Source of the DNA: Myxococcota bacterium
GTDB taxonomy: Bacteria > Myxococcota_A > Polyangia > Polyangiales > Sandaracinaceae
Length of the DNA: 64,000 bases
Direction: 5' to 3'
Assembly: GCA_036149055.1 (NCBI GenBank)
Contig: JAYZQJ010000004.1
Span: forward strand, 64,001-128,000
Of this stretch, positions 1 to 9,233 are shown piece after piece. Position 1 is the stretch's first letter; each line of letters opens with the position of its first letter. The notes under the pieces were generated by a model. That model did no database searches, had not been told where the DNA came from, and saw nothing but the letters and a program-made list of their open reading frames with translations. The position numbers and the translations under genes were made by a program.

Positions 1-365
1 GTCTCCACCGCCGACGTGCCGGGCCCCGCCGTCACCGCCACGAGGAACACGTCCGCCTCGTCGGTCAGCGCCTCGAGGTAGAGCACGGGCGGTCCGGCGG
101 CGCCGAGCCCCCGCACCGCGAACGAGCCGTCGGGCGAGACCGGGGTCTCCCTCGCGTCGCGGTCGCTGCTGACCCGCAACGCGAGCAGCTCGCCGGAGAG
201 CGCGCCCGCCGCGCCGAGCAGGTCCACCCGCTCCGGCTGGCCCGCCTCGACGAGGCTCATCTGGCGCACGTCGGCGGTCGGTGGCGTCGGGAGCGGCGTG
301 GCCACGCAGCTGCCGAGCGCGATCCCGAGCAGTGCAATGAAGAGTGTCGCGAGCGTGCTTCGCAA
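1..365 (-). CDS. Hypothetical lipoprotein, 3'-truncated by the window edge (not in the ORF track)
   Basis: Manual translation from TTG at 365, with GGAG upstream: MRSTLATLFIALLGIALGSC|VATPLPTPP... The frame stays open to base 1 and carries a lipobox (LGSC). Confidence 0.6.
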   Translation of the reverse strand, partial: MRSTLATLFIALLGIALGSCVATPLPTPPTADVRQMSLVEAGQPERVDLLGAAGALSGELLALRVSSDRDARETPVSPDGSFAVRGLGAAGPPVLYLEALTDEADVFLVAVTAGPGTSAVE

Positions 366-442
366 GGGAGTTCTCCGCGCCTGGAGGGGGTTGTCGCTCA
401 GGCGCGGCCTCGCCGCAATCGGGCGAGGCCGCGGGAAGGGGC

Positions 443-1435
443 TCAGGGCGCCGCGCAGCGCCCGCCGCTGCAGATCTCGCCCATCGCGCAGTCGGCGTCG
501 GAGCGGCACGCCGCGCCGCACGCCGCCTCGTCGATCACTCCGTCGCAGTCGTCGTCCAGGCCGTTGCAGCTCTCCGCCGCGCCGGGGTGCACGCTCGCGT
601 CGTGGTCGTCGCAGTCCGCCGGCGCCGCGTGACCGTCGCCGTCCGCGTCGCTCCCCACGCACATGCCGGCGCTCGAGCAGATCATGCCCATCGCGCAGTC
701 GGCGTCGCTCGCGCAGGGGCAAGCGTCCCACTCGTCCACCAGCCCGTCGTGGTCGTCGTCGATGCCGTTGCCGCAGATCTCGGTCCCGACCTGGCAGACG
801 CCCGACACGCAGACCTCACCGCGCGCGCAGTCCGCGTCGGCGGCGCACGCGCTCGGCGGCGGGCAGCCCTCGTCGATCATGCCGTCGCCGTCGTCGTCGA
901 GCCCGTTGTCGCAGACCTCGGCCACGCCGCTCGGCTGGCAGACGCCGCGCACGCAGAGCTCGCCCGCGGCGCAGTCGGCGTCGGCGGCGCACGCCGAGCC
1001 GCAGTCCTCGTCGATCAGGCCGTCGCCGTCGTCGTCGAGGCCGTTGCCGCAGACCTCGCCCGCGGCCGAGACGCAGCTCCCGCCCGCGCAGCGCGCGCCC
1101 ATCGGGCACTCCGCGTCGCTCGCGCAGGTCCACGGCGCCGGCGGCGTCGCGCAGGCGCCGGCCACGCACGCCTCCCCCATCGCGCAGTCGGCGTCGCTCG
1201 CGCAGCTGCCCGCGGCGGTCGCCCAGCACACCCCGTCGCGGCAGACGGCGCCCGCCGCGCAGTCCGCGTCCGCGCGGCACACGTCGTGACAGAGCCCGTC
1301 GACGCAGCGCGCGCCCCCCGCGCAGGTGCCGTCCATCGCGCACAGCGGCGCGCGATAGCCGCCCGTCTCCGGGGTGCCCGTACATCCCCCGACCGTCAGC
1401 GCCGCCAAAGCCATCGAAAGTGTCCATCGAGCCAT
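443..1435 (-). CDS. Cys-rich repeat lipoprotein with putative metal/Ca-binding (MopE-like) repeats
   Basis: Lipobox TVGGC. Repeated CxxDADCxxGxxCxxGxC units and ExCxNGxDDDxDGxxDE units, plus CDDHDASVHPGAAESCNGLDDDCDG. Confidence 0.8.
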   Translation of the reverse strand: MARWTLSMALAALTVGGCTGTPETGGYRAPLCAMDGTCAGGARCVDGLCHDVCRADADCAAGAVCRDGVCWATAAGSCASDADCAMGEACVAGACATPPAPWTCASDAECPMGARCAGGSCVSAAGEVCGNGLDDDGDGLIDEDCGSACAADADCAAGELCVRGVCQPSGVAEVCDNGLDDDGDGMIDEGCPPPSACAADADCARGEVCVSGVCQVGTEICGNGIDDDHDGLVDEWDACPCASDADCAMGMICSSAGMCVGSDADGDGHAAPADCDDHDASVHPGAAESCNGLDDDCDGVIDEAACGAACRSDADCAMGEICSGGRCAAP

Positions 1436-1489
1436 CTCGGTCTCGCTCCTTTCCGGACGGGCGCCGTGCCCGCCGCTGGACCGCCCTGG

Positions 1490-1505
1490 AGCAACCGGAG
1501 TGCCA
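1490..1505 (-). promoter_or_regulatory. Sigma54 (-24/-12) promoter for the Cys-rich lipoprotein operon
   Basis: Minus strand reads TGGCACTCCGGTTGCT, a near-perfect TGGCAC-N5-TTGC with GG-N10-GC spacing. Confidence 0.8.
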
Positions 1506-1566
1506 GCCTGGTGACCTCAATGATTCCAGTGGGTTATGCGATGATGCCGGGACGCGGTGCGTCACT

Positions 1567-1584
1567 GTTACGAATAGGTGTAAC
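1567..1584. promoter_or_regulatory. Candidate enhancer (EBP-binding) palindrome
   Basis: GTTAC-N8-GTAAC in an AT-rich patch about 65-80 bp upstream of the sigma54 -24 element. Confidence 0.45.
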
Positions 1585-1595
1585 GTATCTGCGAC

Positions 1596-4500
1596 ATGGG
1601 CTGGAGCGAGCGCCGCTACGTCGTCGAGGAGACGCTGGGGCCCGGGGTCTCCCGGGCGCGGGACCGGCTCCGGGGCCGGCGGGTGGTGCTGAAGCGCGCG
1701 TCCGCCGACCAGCCCGGGGCGCTCGAGCGAGAGCACGCGCTGCTGCTGCGGCTGCGCCACCCGGCCTTTCGGCGACTGCTCGGCGCGCACCGGGCCGACG
1801 CGGACGAGCTGGTGCTCGAGCACGTGGAGGGCCGCGCGCCCAGTGCGGCGAGCGAGGTCGCGGTGCCGCTGCTGCGCGCGCTGCTCCACCTCCACGAGCG
1901 CGGCTGGGTGCACGGGGACCTGAAGCCCGAGAACCTCATCGTCGCCGACGGGCGCCTGCGGGTGCTGGACCTTGGGCTCGCGGCGCGGATCGGCGGGGCT
2001 CCGTCCGGGGGCACGCGCGGGCAGCTGGCCCCCGAGCTGCTCCGTGGGGCTCCGGCGTCGGTGGCGAGCGATCTCTTCGCGCTCGGTCGCACGCTGCAGC
2101 GTCTCGGCGCCGAGGGCGAGCTCGGGCGATGGGCGAGGCGGGCGGCGGCCGAGGCTCCGGACGCTCGACCTGCGTCCGCGGCCGCCGCGCTGGTCGCGCT
2201 CGGGGTGATGCCGACCCCCGCCGATCGCGCGGGGCTCCTGCCGTGGCGTGGCGTGGACGTGGTGGAGCGCGCGGCCGGCGCGCTGCGTGGGGGCAGGGCG
2301 CTCGTGCTCGGCGCGCCACCCGGCGCGGGGCGGACCCGCGTCGCCACCGAGCTCGGCCTGCGGCTCGCCGCGGCCTGGCGTCCGCTCGCCGACGTGTCGC
2401 TCCGGGAGCCCGCGGCCCTGGCCGCCCTGGCGGCGCTCTACGGCGAGACCGAGGGCTCGCTCGAGCGCCGCCTCGCCGCCCTCGCGCCGCGGCTCGCCGA
2501 GGACGGGGTCGCGGTGGTGCTCGACGACGCGGACAGGGCGGGAGACGACGCGCGGGCGGGGCTCGCCGCGCTCGCGGAGGGGCTCGCGCGGGCCGGGGAG
2601 GGGGGCCTCGTGGTGATCGGCGCCGACGAGGCGACGTCGGCGCGTCTCGAGGACGCGGGCGCGGAGGTGACCGCGATCCCGCCCCTCTCGGCGCCCGACG
2701 TGCGGGGCTTGCTCGAGGACGCGGGCGCGCGGGCCTCGAGCGCGCTGGTCGAGGGGCTGACGGCGGCCAGCGAGGGGCGGGCCGGGGCGGCCGCGGAGGC
2801 GGCGCTGGGGCTCGCGGAGGATCCGAGCTCGAGCGACGCGGAGATCATCGCGGGCGTGGCCCGTCGGCTCCGCCCCGGTCCGGTCGCCGCGCCGGCGGAT
2901 CCGCGGGCGGCGGCGCGGGCCGCGGTGGAGGCGGGCGAGGGGCGGCGCGCGCTCGCGTGGCTCGAGGGCCTCGCCGACCGGGATCCCGCCGACCGCGAGC
3001 TCCGGGTGCGCGCGCTCGAGCTCGCCGGTCGCCTCGGGGAGGCGTTCGAGGCGCTCGACGGAGCGCGAGGCGACGGAGAGCCGAGCAACCGCGCGGCGCG
3101 ACTCGCCGCCAAGCTCGGGCGCTACGAGCAGGTCCTGGAGCTGGCCGACGACGACGCCGAGGGTTGCGCGCTCGCGGCCTCCGCCGCGCTCGCCCTCGGC
3201 CGGCTCGACGACGTGGACCGCCTCGTGGCCCGCGCCGAGGGCCGAGGCGGAGGGGAGGGCCTGGCCTCGATCCGCAGCGACGCCGCCCTCCGCCGCGGAG
3301 ACGCGCGCGCCGCCGAAGCCTTCGCCCGGGAGGCGCGGGCGCACGCCGACGACCCGCGGGCCATCGCCGAGAGCGAGAGCCGGCTCGGCTCCGCGCTCGC
3401 GCTCGGCGGTGATCCACGCGGCGCGCGGGCGCATCACCGCGCCGCCCTCGACGCGGCGGAGCGCGCCGGCGATCCGGCGATGCTCCCGGCCTACGTCATC
3501 AACGTCGCGACCGCGCACCACGCGCTCGGGGAGCTCGGCGCGGCCATGGCGCGCTACGAGCAAGCCGCCCGCCTGAGCGAGCGGCTCGGGCGCGCCTCGA
3601 TGCGGGCGGTCGCGCTCACCAACCTCGCCGGGCTGCTCGTGTCGGTGGGGGCGGTCGCCGAGGCCGAGCCGGTCCTGGCGTCCGCGCGGGCGGCGGCGCG
3701 GGAGAGCGGCGCGTCGCTCTACGAGGCGCAGTGCGCGCTCATCGACGCCGAGCGTCTCGGCGCCGCCGACGTCGAGGCGGGAGCGCGGGCGGCGCGCGCG
3801 GCGGCCGTCGCCTTCGAGGCCTGCGGGGCCGCGCGCCAGGCGCTCGAGGCGGCGCTCCTCGAGGCGGAGCTGTCGAAGGACGACGCCTGGGTGAGCGCGC
3901 GCCGCGCGGCCCTCGAGGACGCGGGGCTCGGCGATCGGGCCGCCCTGCTCGAGGCCCGGGTGGCGGCCGACGCCGGAGCGCTCGGGCCGGCGCTGGAGGC
4001 GGCGACCGTCGCCGCGGAGTCGCAAGACGCCGTGCACCGCGCGAGGGCGCTGGAGCTGGCCGCGGAGCTCGCTCGACGGCGAGGTGACGCCGACGCGAGT
4101 CAGCGCGCGGACGCCGCTCGCGCCGCGGTCGAGGGGGTGGCCGACGCCTTGCCGGCGGGGCTGCGCGAGCGCTGGCTCGGCGGCGCGCTCCGGCCCGAGG
4201 TCGCGGCGGCGCCGGCTCCGGGCGGCCGGCTCGGCGAGGGAGGTCGGCGGCTGCTCTCCCTCGTGCGCCGCGTGCTCCTCGAGGGCGACGAGCGCCGGGT
4301 CCTCGAGGCCGCGGTGGACGAGGCCGTCGCCTCCACCCGCGCCGAGCGCGCCTTCCTGCTCCGAGCCGCCGACCGGCCCGGGGACGGAGAGGTGGTGATC
4401 GCGCGCAACCTCGACCGGGACACGATCCGGAGCGGCCGCTTCAGCCGCTCGGTGGCGGAGCGCGTGCTCGTGACCGGCGAGCCCGTGTTGACCGAGATGG

Positions 4501-5753
4501 CCACCGCCGACCCCTCGCTCGCCAGCGCGCGCAGCGTCGCCGATCTGGGCCTGCGCTCGATCCTCTGCGCGCCGGTCCGCGGCCCGGAGCGGGTCATCGG
4601 GGCGCTCTACCTCGATCATCGCTTCGAGACCGCGCGCTTCGGCGGTGACGATCTGGAGCTGATCGGCGCCCTGGCCGACGTGATCGGGATGGCGCTCGAG
4701 AACGCCCGGCTGCACCGCGAGGCGGAGGCGAGGGCCCGTCAGCTCGAGCGGATCAACGCGGAGATCCGGGAAGAGAACGTGCGCGCGGCCATCCGGCTCG
4801 AGCGGCTCGAGCAGCGCCTCGCGACCGAGGAGACGGGGGCGAGCGCGACCGGGATCGTCGGCGAGAGCCGGGCTCTGCGGCGCGCGCTCGCGGTGGCCCG
4901 TCGGGTCGCGCCGAGCGATCTCTCGGTGCTCGTCGAGGGCGAGAGCGGCACGGGCAAGGAGCTGTTCGCGCGCTTCGTGCACGCCGAGAGCCACCGCAGC
5001 AGCGGCCCGTTCCTCGCGATCAACTGCGGCGCGCTGCCGGAGACGCTCCTCGAGTCGGAGCTCTTCGGGCACGTGCGCGGCGCCTTCACCGGCGCGCAGC
5101 GCGACCACCCGGGCCTGTTCCGCAGCGCGCGCGGCGGCACGCTCTTCCTGGACGAGATCGGCGAGATGCCGCCGCGCATGCAGACGCGCCTGCTCCGGGT
5201 GCTCCAGGAGCGCGAGGTGCGGGCGGTGGGCGCCGAGCGGCCCGAGCCGGTCGACGTGCGCGTCGTCGCGGCGACCAACCGAGATCTCTCGGCCGCGCTC
5301 GCGCAGGGGACGTTCCGGGAGGACCTCTTCTACCGGCTGGTGGGGGTGCGCATCGCGCTGCCTCCGCTGCGGGAGCGGCGCGATGACGTCCCGCGGCTGG
5401 CGGCGCACGCGCTCGAGCGCATCGCCGAGGAGCCGGGCATGCGGGCGGTGACGCTCTCGAAGGCGGCGCTCGCCGCGCTGCTGCTGCACGACTGGCCGGG
5501 GAACGTGCGGGAGCTCTGGCAGACGCTCCGGCGCGCGGTGCTGGTGGCGGAGGGCGACGCGATCGAGCCGGAGGATCTCGCGCTCGGGAGTGGGCCGGCG
5601 ATGGACCGGCGCGCGGCGCTCCGCCGCTTCGATCGGCGCCTGGTCGAGGAGGCGCTCCGAGCGGCGGACGGCAACCGCACGGCGGCCGCCAAGGCGCTCG
5701 GGGTGAGCCGCATGACCGTGCATCGCTGGATCAAGCGCTACGACCTCACGTGA
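1596..5753 (+). CDS. Ser/Thr kinase - helical/TPR-like - GAF - sigma54 AAA+ activator - Fis HTH fusion
   Basis: Kinase motifs HGDLKPEN and DLG. Degenerate P-loop GAPPGAGRT. GAF (LRSILCAPV...GALYLD). Activator motifs GESGTGKE, ESELFGHVRGAFTGA and WPGNVREL. HTH GNRTAAAKALGVSRMTVHR. Confidence 0.9.
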   Translation: MGWSERRYVVEETLGPGVSRARDRLRGRRVVLKRASADQPGALEREHALLLRLRHPAFRRLLGAHRADADELVLEHVEGRAPSAASEVAVPLLRALLHLHERGWVHGDLKPENLIVADGRLRVLDLGLAARIGGAPSGGTRGQLAPELLRGAPASVASDLFALGRTLQRLGAEGELGRWARRAAAEAPDARPASAAAALVALGVMPTPADRAGLLPWRGVDVVERAAGALRGGRALVLGAPPGAGRTRVATELGLRLAAAWRPLADVSLREPAALAALAALYGETEGSLERRLAALAPRLAEDGVAVVLDDADRAGDDARAGLAALAEGLARAGEGGLVVIGADEATSARLEDAGAEVTAIPPLSAPDVRGLLEDAGARASSALVEGLTAASEGRAGAAAEAALGLAEDPSSSDAEIIAGVARRLRPGPVAAPADPRAAARAAVEAGEGRRALAWLEGLADRDPADRELRVRALELAGRLGEAFEALDGARGDGEPSNRAARLAAKLGRYEQVLELADDDAEGCALAASAALALGRLDDVDRLVARAEGRGGGEGLASIRSDAALRRGDARAAEAFAREARAHADDPRAIAESESRLGSALALGGDPRGARAHHRAALDAAERAGDPAMLPAYVINVATAHHALGELGAAMARYEQAARLSERLGRASMRAVALTNLAGLLVSVGAVAEAEPVLASARAAARESGASLYEAQCALIDAERLGAADVEAGARAARAAAVAFEACGAARQALEAALLEAELSKDDAWVSARRAALEDAGLGDRAALLEARVAADAGALGPALEAATVAAESQDAVHRARALELAAELARRRGDADASQRADAARAAVEGVADALPAGLRERWLGGALRPEVAAAPAPGGRLGEGGRRLLSLVRRVLLEGDERRVLEAAVDEAVASTRAERAFLLRAADRPGDGEVVIARNLDRDTIRSGRFSRSVAERVLVTGEPVLTEMATADPSLASARSVADLGLRSILCAPVRGPERVIGALYLDHRFETARFGGDDLELIGALADVIGMALENARLHREAEARARQLERINAEIREENVRAAIRLERLEQRLATEETGASATGIVGESRALRRALAVARRVAPSDLSVLVEGESGTGKELFARFVHAESHRSSGPFLAINCGALPETLLESELFGHVRGAFTGAQRDHPGLFRSARGGTLFLDEIGEMPPRMQTRLLRVLQEREVRAVGAERPEPVDVRVVAATNRDLSAALAQGTFREDLFYRLVGVRIALPPLRERRDDVPRLAAHALERIAEEPGMRAVTLSKAALAALLLHDWPGNVRELWQTLRRAVLVAEGDAIEPEDLALGSGPAMDRRAALRRFDRRLVEEALRAADGNRTAAAKALGVSRMTVHRWIKRYDLT

Positions 5754-6195
5754 CGGCTGCCTCTTCGAGGTGAGACGTGCACTGCGGGCAGCGGAGCGCC
5801 GTCTCGTCGATGTGCGACCGGCAGAAGGGGCAGGGCTTCGTCTTCTCCGCCGGCGGGGTGTCGGGGCGCCGGAGCCGGTTGATCCACCGCACCATGAAGA
5901 AGAGCGCGAGCGCCACGAGCGTGAAGCTCACCGCCTCGTTGGCCAGCTCGCCGTACGCGATCACCGTCGCGCCCGCCTCCCGGGCCGCCGCCGCGGTGGC
6001 GTACTCGCCCTCGCCCTCGAGCAGGAGGTAGTGCGCCGAGAAGTCGAGGCCGCCGGTCAGCAAGCCCAGGGCTGGCATGAGCACGTCGTCGACCACGGAC
6101 TGCACGATGGCGGTGAAGGCGGCGCCGAGGATGATGCCGACCGCCATGTCGACCACGTTGCCCTTGATCGCGAACTCGCGGAATTCCTTCAGCAC
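5746..6195 (-). CDS. mscL: Large-conductance mechanosensitive channel with C-terminal zinc ribbon
   Basis: MLKEFREFAIKGNVVDMAVGIILGAAF; tail CPFC...CPQC. Confidence 0.95.
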   Translation of the reverse strand: MLKEFREFAIKGNVVDMAVGIILGAAFTAIVQSVVDDVLMPALGLLTGGLDFSAHYLLLEGEGEYATAAAAREAGATVIAYGELANEAVSFTLVALALFFMVRWINRLRRPDTPPAEKTKPCPFCRSHIDETALRCPQCTSHLEEAAVT

Positions 6196-6216
6196 GCGAG
6201 GGAGATAGCCCCACCT

Positions 6217-6825
6217 TCAGCTCGCAAAGGAGAAGATGGCCCGCAGCGCGTCGACGTCGCGGCGGCTCCGCTTCGTCATCGGCTCCAGCCCCACGATCGC
6301 GTCGCGCGGCACGCGGCGGGCCAGGATGACCCCATTCGGAGCCACGAAGACGGTCACGCCGGCGGCCCGGACTCGCCCGGGATCGACCGCGAGCATGACG
6401 TCGACGGCCGCGCGCTTGCCGACCACGCTCTCGAGCTCGGCCGCGAGGTGCACGTGGGTGCGCCGCCCCGGCGCGAGGCCGGACGCCGCGATGCTCTCGA
6501 GCGCGGCGCGCGAGGTGCCGTGCCAGATCGGGGCGTCTCCCTCGTGCGCTCTCCAGGTGGCCTCGAGCGCCTCCCGCGTGACCGGCACCCCGGCCGCGCT
6601 GTGACCCTGGCAGGCCCGCACGCGATCGCCGTCCAGCTGGAGTCGGCGCTTCCGGTTCGTCTGCACCGCGTGCTCGAGCTGCGCGCGGGACATGCGGAGC
6701 CGCGCGAGCACGTCGGCGACCGGCGCCCAGCCGGCGGCGTCCATCGGGAGCCCCTCCTCGCCCGCGCCGTGGCGCAGCAGCCACGAGAGCTTCTTGCTTC
6801 TTCGGATGTCGTTCTTGGTTTGCAT
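6217..6825 (-). CDS. kptA: RNA 2'-phosphotransferase (Tpt1/KptA family)
   Basis: SKKLSWLLRH, MDAAGW, RVRACQGHS, WHGT, RTHVHL and NGVILARRVP motifs. ATG at 6825; the track ORF is over-extended. Confidence 0.9.
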   Translation of the reverse strand: MQTKNDIRRSKKLSWLLRHGAGEEGLPMDAAGWAPVADVLARLRMSRAQLEHAVQTNRKRRLQLDGDRVRACQGHSAAGVPVTREALEATWRAHEGDAPIWHGTSRAALESIAASGLAPGRRTHVHLAAELESVVGKRAAVDVMLAVDPGRVRAAGVTVFVAPNGVILARRVPRDAIVGLEPMTKRSRRDVDALRAIFSFAS

Positions 6826-6881
6826 GGCCCCATGGTGGCGCTCGCCCGCAATCACCGGAAGTAGTAGTTTCGGAGTCATCA

Positions 6882-6894
6882 TCACGAAACGTGA
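6882..6894. promoter_or_regulatory. LysR-type T-N11-A box
   Basis: Palindrome TCACG-AAA-CGTGA between divergent kptA and lysR. Confidence 0.6.
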
Positions 6895-6900
6895 GTCCTG

Positions 6901-7749
6901 ATGCCGAACCTCGAGTGGCTGCGCAGCTTCGTCGTCTTCGCCGAGCATCTCAACTTCACCCGCGCGGCGGAAGCGCTCCACCTCTCGCAGCCCGCCCTGC
7001 ACGTGCAGGTGAAGAAGCTCGCCGAGCAGCTCGGGGTCACGCTCTACGAGCGCCGGGGCCGCGGGCTCGCGCTCACCCCGGACGGGCGCCGCGTGCTCGC
7101 GTTCGGCCGCGAGCTGCTCGCGCGCTGCGAGCGCTTCTCCGACGATCTCCGGGGAGCGCCCCCGTCGCGCGCGCCGGTGCTCGCGGCGGGGGAGGGCGCC
7201 TTCCTCTACCTCCTGCCGCTCGCGAGGCTGCGGGCGAGCGCGCCGATCGACGCGCGGGTGGTCGACGGCGAGGAGGCGCTCCGGGCGGTGCGCGAGGCGG
7301 AGGCCGACGTCGGGGTGGCGGCGGTCGACGCGGGCGATCTCGAGACGCGCGCGCTCGCCGACGTCGGCAGCGCGCTCCTCGTGCCCTCGCGGCACCGTCT
7401 CGCCGGGCGCGCGCGCGTGCGGGCCGCCGACCTCGACGGTGAGCGGCTGGTGCTCCCGCCGGCGGGTCGCCCTCACCGTCAGGCGATCGAGCTCTGGCTG
7501 GCTGGCGCCGGGGCCCGGGTGGAGATCGCGGCCGAGGCGCGCGGCTGGCCGCTGACCCTCCGCCTCGCCGAGGCCGGGCTCGGGCTCGCCATCGTCAACG
7601 ACCTCTGCCCCACGCCGAAGCGCATGCGCGCGATCCCGGTGCGCGGCCTCCCGCGTCGGCGCTACGTCGCGTTCCGGCGCCCCGGCGCCCTCCGCTCGGC
7701 GGCCGCCGAGCGCCTCTGGGAGAGCCTCACCTCCACGACCGGCGCGTGA
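6901..7749 (+). CDS. LysR-family transcriptional regulator
   Basis: NFTRAAEALHLSQPALHVQVKKLAEQLGVTLYER HTH. Confidence 0.95.
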   Translation: MPNLEWLRSFVVFAEHLNFTRAAEALHLSQPALHVQVKKLAEQLGVTLYERRGRGLALTPDGRRVLAFGRELLARCERFSDDLRGAPPSRAPVLAAGEGAFLYLLPLARLRASAPIDARVVDGEEALRAVREAEADVGVAAVDAGDLETRALADVGSALLVPSRHRLAGRARVRAADLDGERLVLPPAGRPHRQAIELWLAGAGARVEIAAEARGWPLTLRLAEAGLGLAIVNDLCPTPKRMRAIPVRGLPRRRYVAFRRPGALRSAAAERLWESLTSTTGA

Positions 7750-7800
7750 AGACCGCCCGTGGGCTCGACGACCTCACCCCCGCGGTGGCATCACCCCGAC

Positions 7801-8181
7801 GTGGGCTTCTGGTTCCTGGTCATCCTCACGGTGCTCGTCACCGGCGTCTTCACGCGGGAGCTCTGGCGCGCGGCGGCGCCTGGGCTCCGGGCGCGGCGTC
7901 GGCGCGCGAAGATCGAGGGGGAGCTCGAGCGGCGCACCGAGTCGGCGCTCGACGCGCCCGGGGCCACGCCGGAGCGGGCCGTGGTCCTGCCGAGCGCGTC
8001 GGTGGTCGAGGTCCGCGCCGCCTCGGAGAGCTGCCCGGTCTGCGGCGAGCGCTCGTTCGTCGAGCGTCACGTGGTCGAGACCTTCGGGGGCCGCGCGCTC
8101 CGGGTGGTGTGGCTCAAGTGCAAGCGCTGCGGCCACCGCCGCCCGTTCTACGCCCAGATCGACGCTCCGGTGGTGAACTGA
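7801..8181 (+). CDS. Small membrane protein with zinc ribbon
   Basis: N-terminal TM (GFWFLVILTVLVTGVF) and CPVC...CKRC. Start at 7801 (GTG) or 7759. Confidence 0.6.
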   Translation: MGFWFLVILTVLVTGVFTRELWRAAAPGLRARRRRAKIEGELERRTESALDAPGATPERAVVLPSASVVEVRAASESCPVCGERSFVERHVVETFGGRALRVVWLKCKRCGHRRPFYAQIDAPVVN

Positions 8182-8241
8182 GCTGTGCTGAAATGAGCCA
8201 GGGGGCTGGCGGATCGGAGGGCCAGGCGCAAGGCTCGGGCC

Positions 8242-9138
8242 ATGCGTGACGTGCTGAGCGAGCTGACCGAGATCCTCACCCTCGAGCGGATCGAGGAGAA
8301 CATCTTCCGCGGGCAGAGCCAGGACCTCGGCTGGGGCCGGGTCTTCGGCGGGCAGGTCCTCGGGCAGGCGCTGTCGGCGGCGGAGCAGACGGTGCCGAGC
8401 GATCGGTCGGTGCACTCGCTCCACGGCTACTTCCTCCGCCCCGGCGACGCGAAGAAGCCCATCGTGTTCACCGTCGACCCCATCCGCGACGGCAAGAGCT
8501 TCACGACCCGTCGCGTGGTCGCGGTGCAGGACGGCCACGCGATCTTCAGCCTCTCGGCGAGCTTCCAGATCGAGGAGGGCGGCCTCGAGCACCAGGCGGA
8601 CGAGATGCCCGACGACGTGCCCGGGCCCGACGGCCTCCGCTCGGAGCAGGAGCTCGGCAAGCGCTACCTGGAGCGCCTCCCGGAGGCGGTGAAGAATTCG
8701 TTCCCGAAGGGCATGCGGGAGCGGGTGGTCGCCGACCGGCCGATCGAGATCCGGCCGGTCAGCCCCCTCGACCCGATGAACCCGGACGTGCGCCCGCCCC
8801 GGCGCCACGCGTGGTTCAAGGCGAGCGGCGCGCTGCCCGACACGCGGGCGATCCATCAGTACATGCTCGCCTACGCCTCGGACTTCCACCTGCTCGGCTC
8901 GACCATGCAGCCGCACGGGGTCACCTGGCTGACGCCCGGCATGCAGGTGGCCAGCCTCGACCACGCGATGTGGTTCCACCGCCCGTTCCGCTTCGACGAC
9001 TGGCTGCTCTACGACATCGACGCGCCGTCCGCCCAGGGCGCGCGGGGGCTCGCGCGCGGCCGCTGGTTCACCCGCGACGGCGTGCTCATCGCGTCGACGG
9101 CCCAGGAGGGCCTGATCCGCGATCACCGCAAGAAGTGA
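8242..9138 (+). CDS. tesB: Acyl-CoA thioesterase II
   Basis: VFGGQVLGQAL, HSLHGYFLRPG, ASLDHAMWFH, STAQEG. Confidence 0.95.
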   Translation: MRDVLSELTEILTLERIEENIFRGQSQDLGWGRVFGGQVLGQALSAAEQTVPSDRSVHSLHGYFLRPGDAKKPIVFTVDPIRDGKSFTTRRVVAVQDGHAIFSLSASFQIEEGGLEHQADEMPDDVPGPDGLRSEQELGKRYLERLPEAVKNSFPKGMRERVVADRPIEIRPVSPLDPMNPDVRPPRRHAWFKASGALPDTRAIHQYMLAYASDFHLLGSTMQPHGVTWLTPGMQVASLDHAMWFHRPFRFDDWLLYDIDAPSAQGARGLARGRWFTRDGVLIASTAQEGLIRDHRKK

Positions 9139-9205
9139 ACGTCGCGATTCGCCACGTCGGGCGGCTGCGCACGGCGTGGGGGCCCTGAATCGGGCACGAT
9201 CCCGG

Positions 9206-9221
9206 TGGCACGGCGCCTGCG
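9206..9221 (+). promoter_or_regulatory. Sigma54 promoter
   Basis: TGGCACGGCGCCTGCG, GG-N10-GC. The -12 C lies 14 nt before ATG 9234. Confidence 0.65.
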
Positions 9222-9233
9222 AAAGTGGGCGGC

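Noticed and set aside
5746..5830. Zinc ribbon on MscL as a novelty
   Set aside because: A CxxC-CxxC tail on MscL is a variant I recognise from other bacteria.
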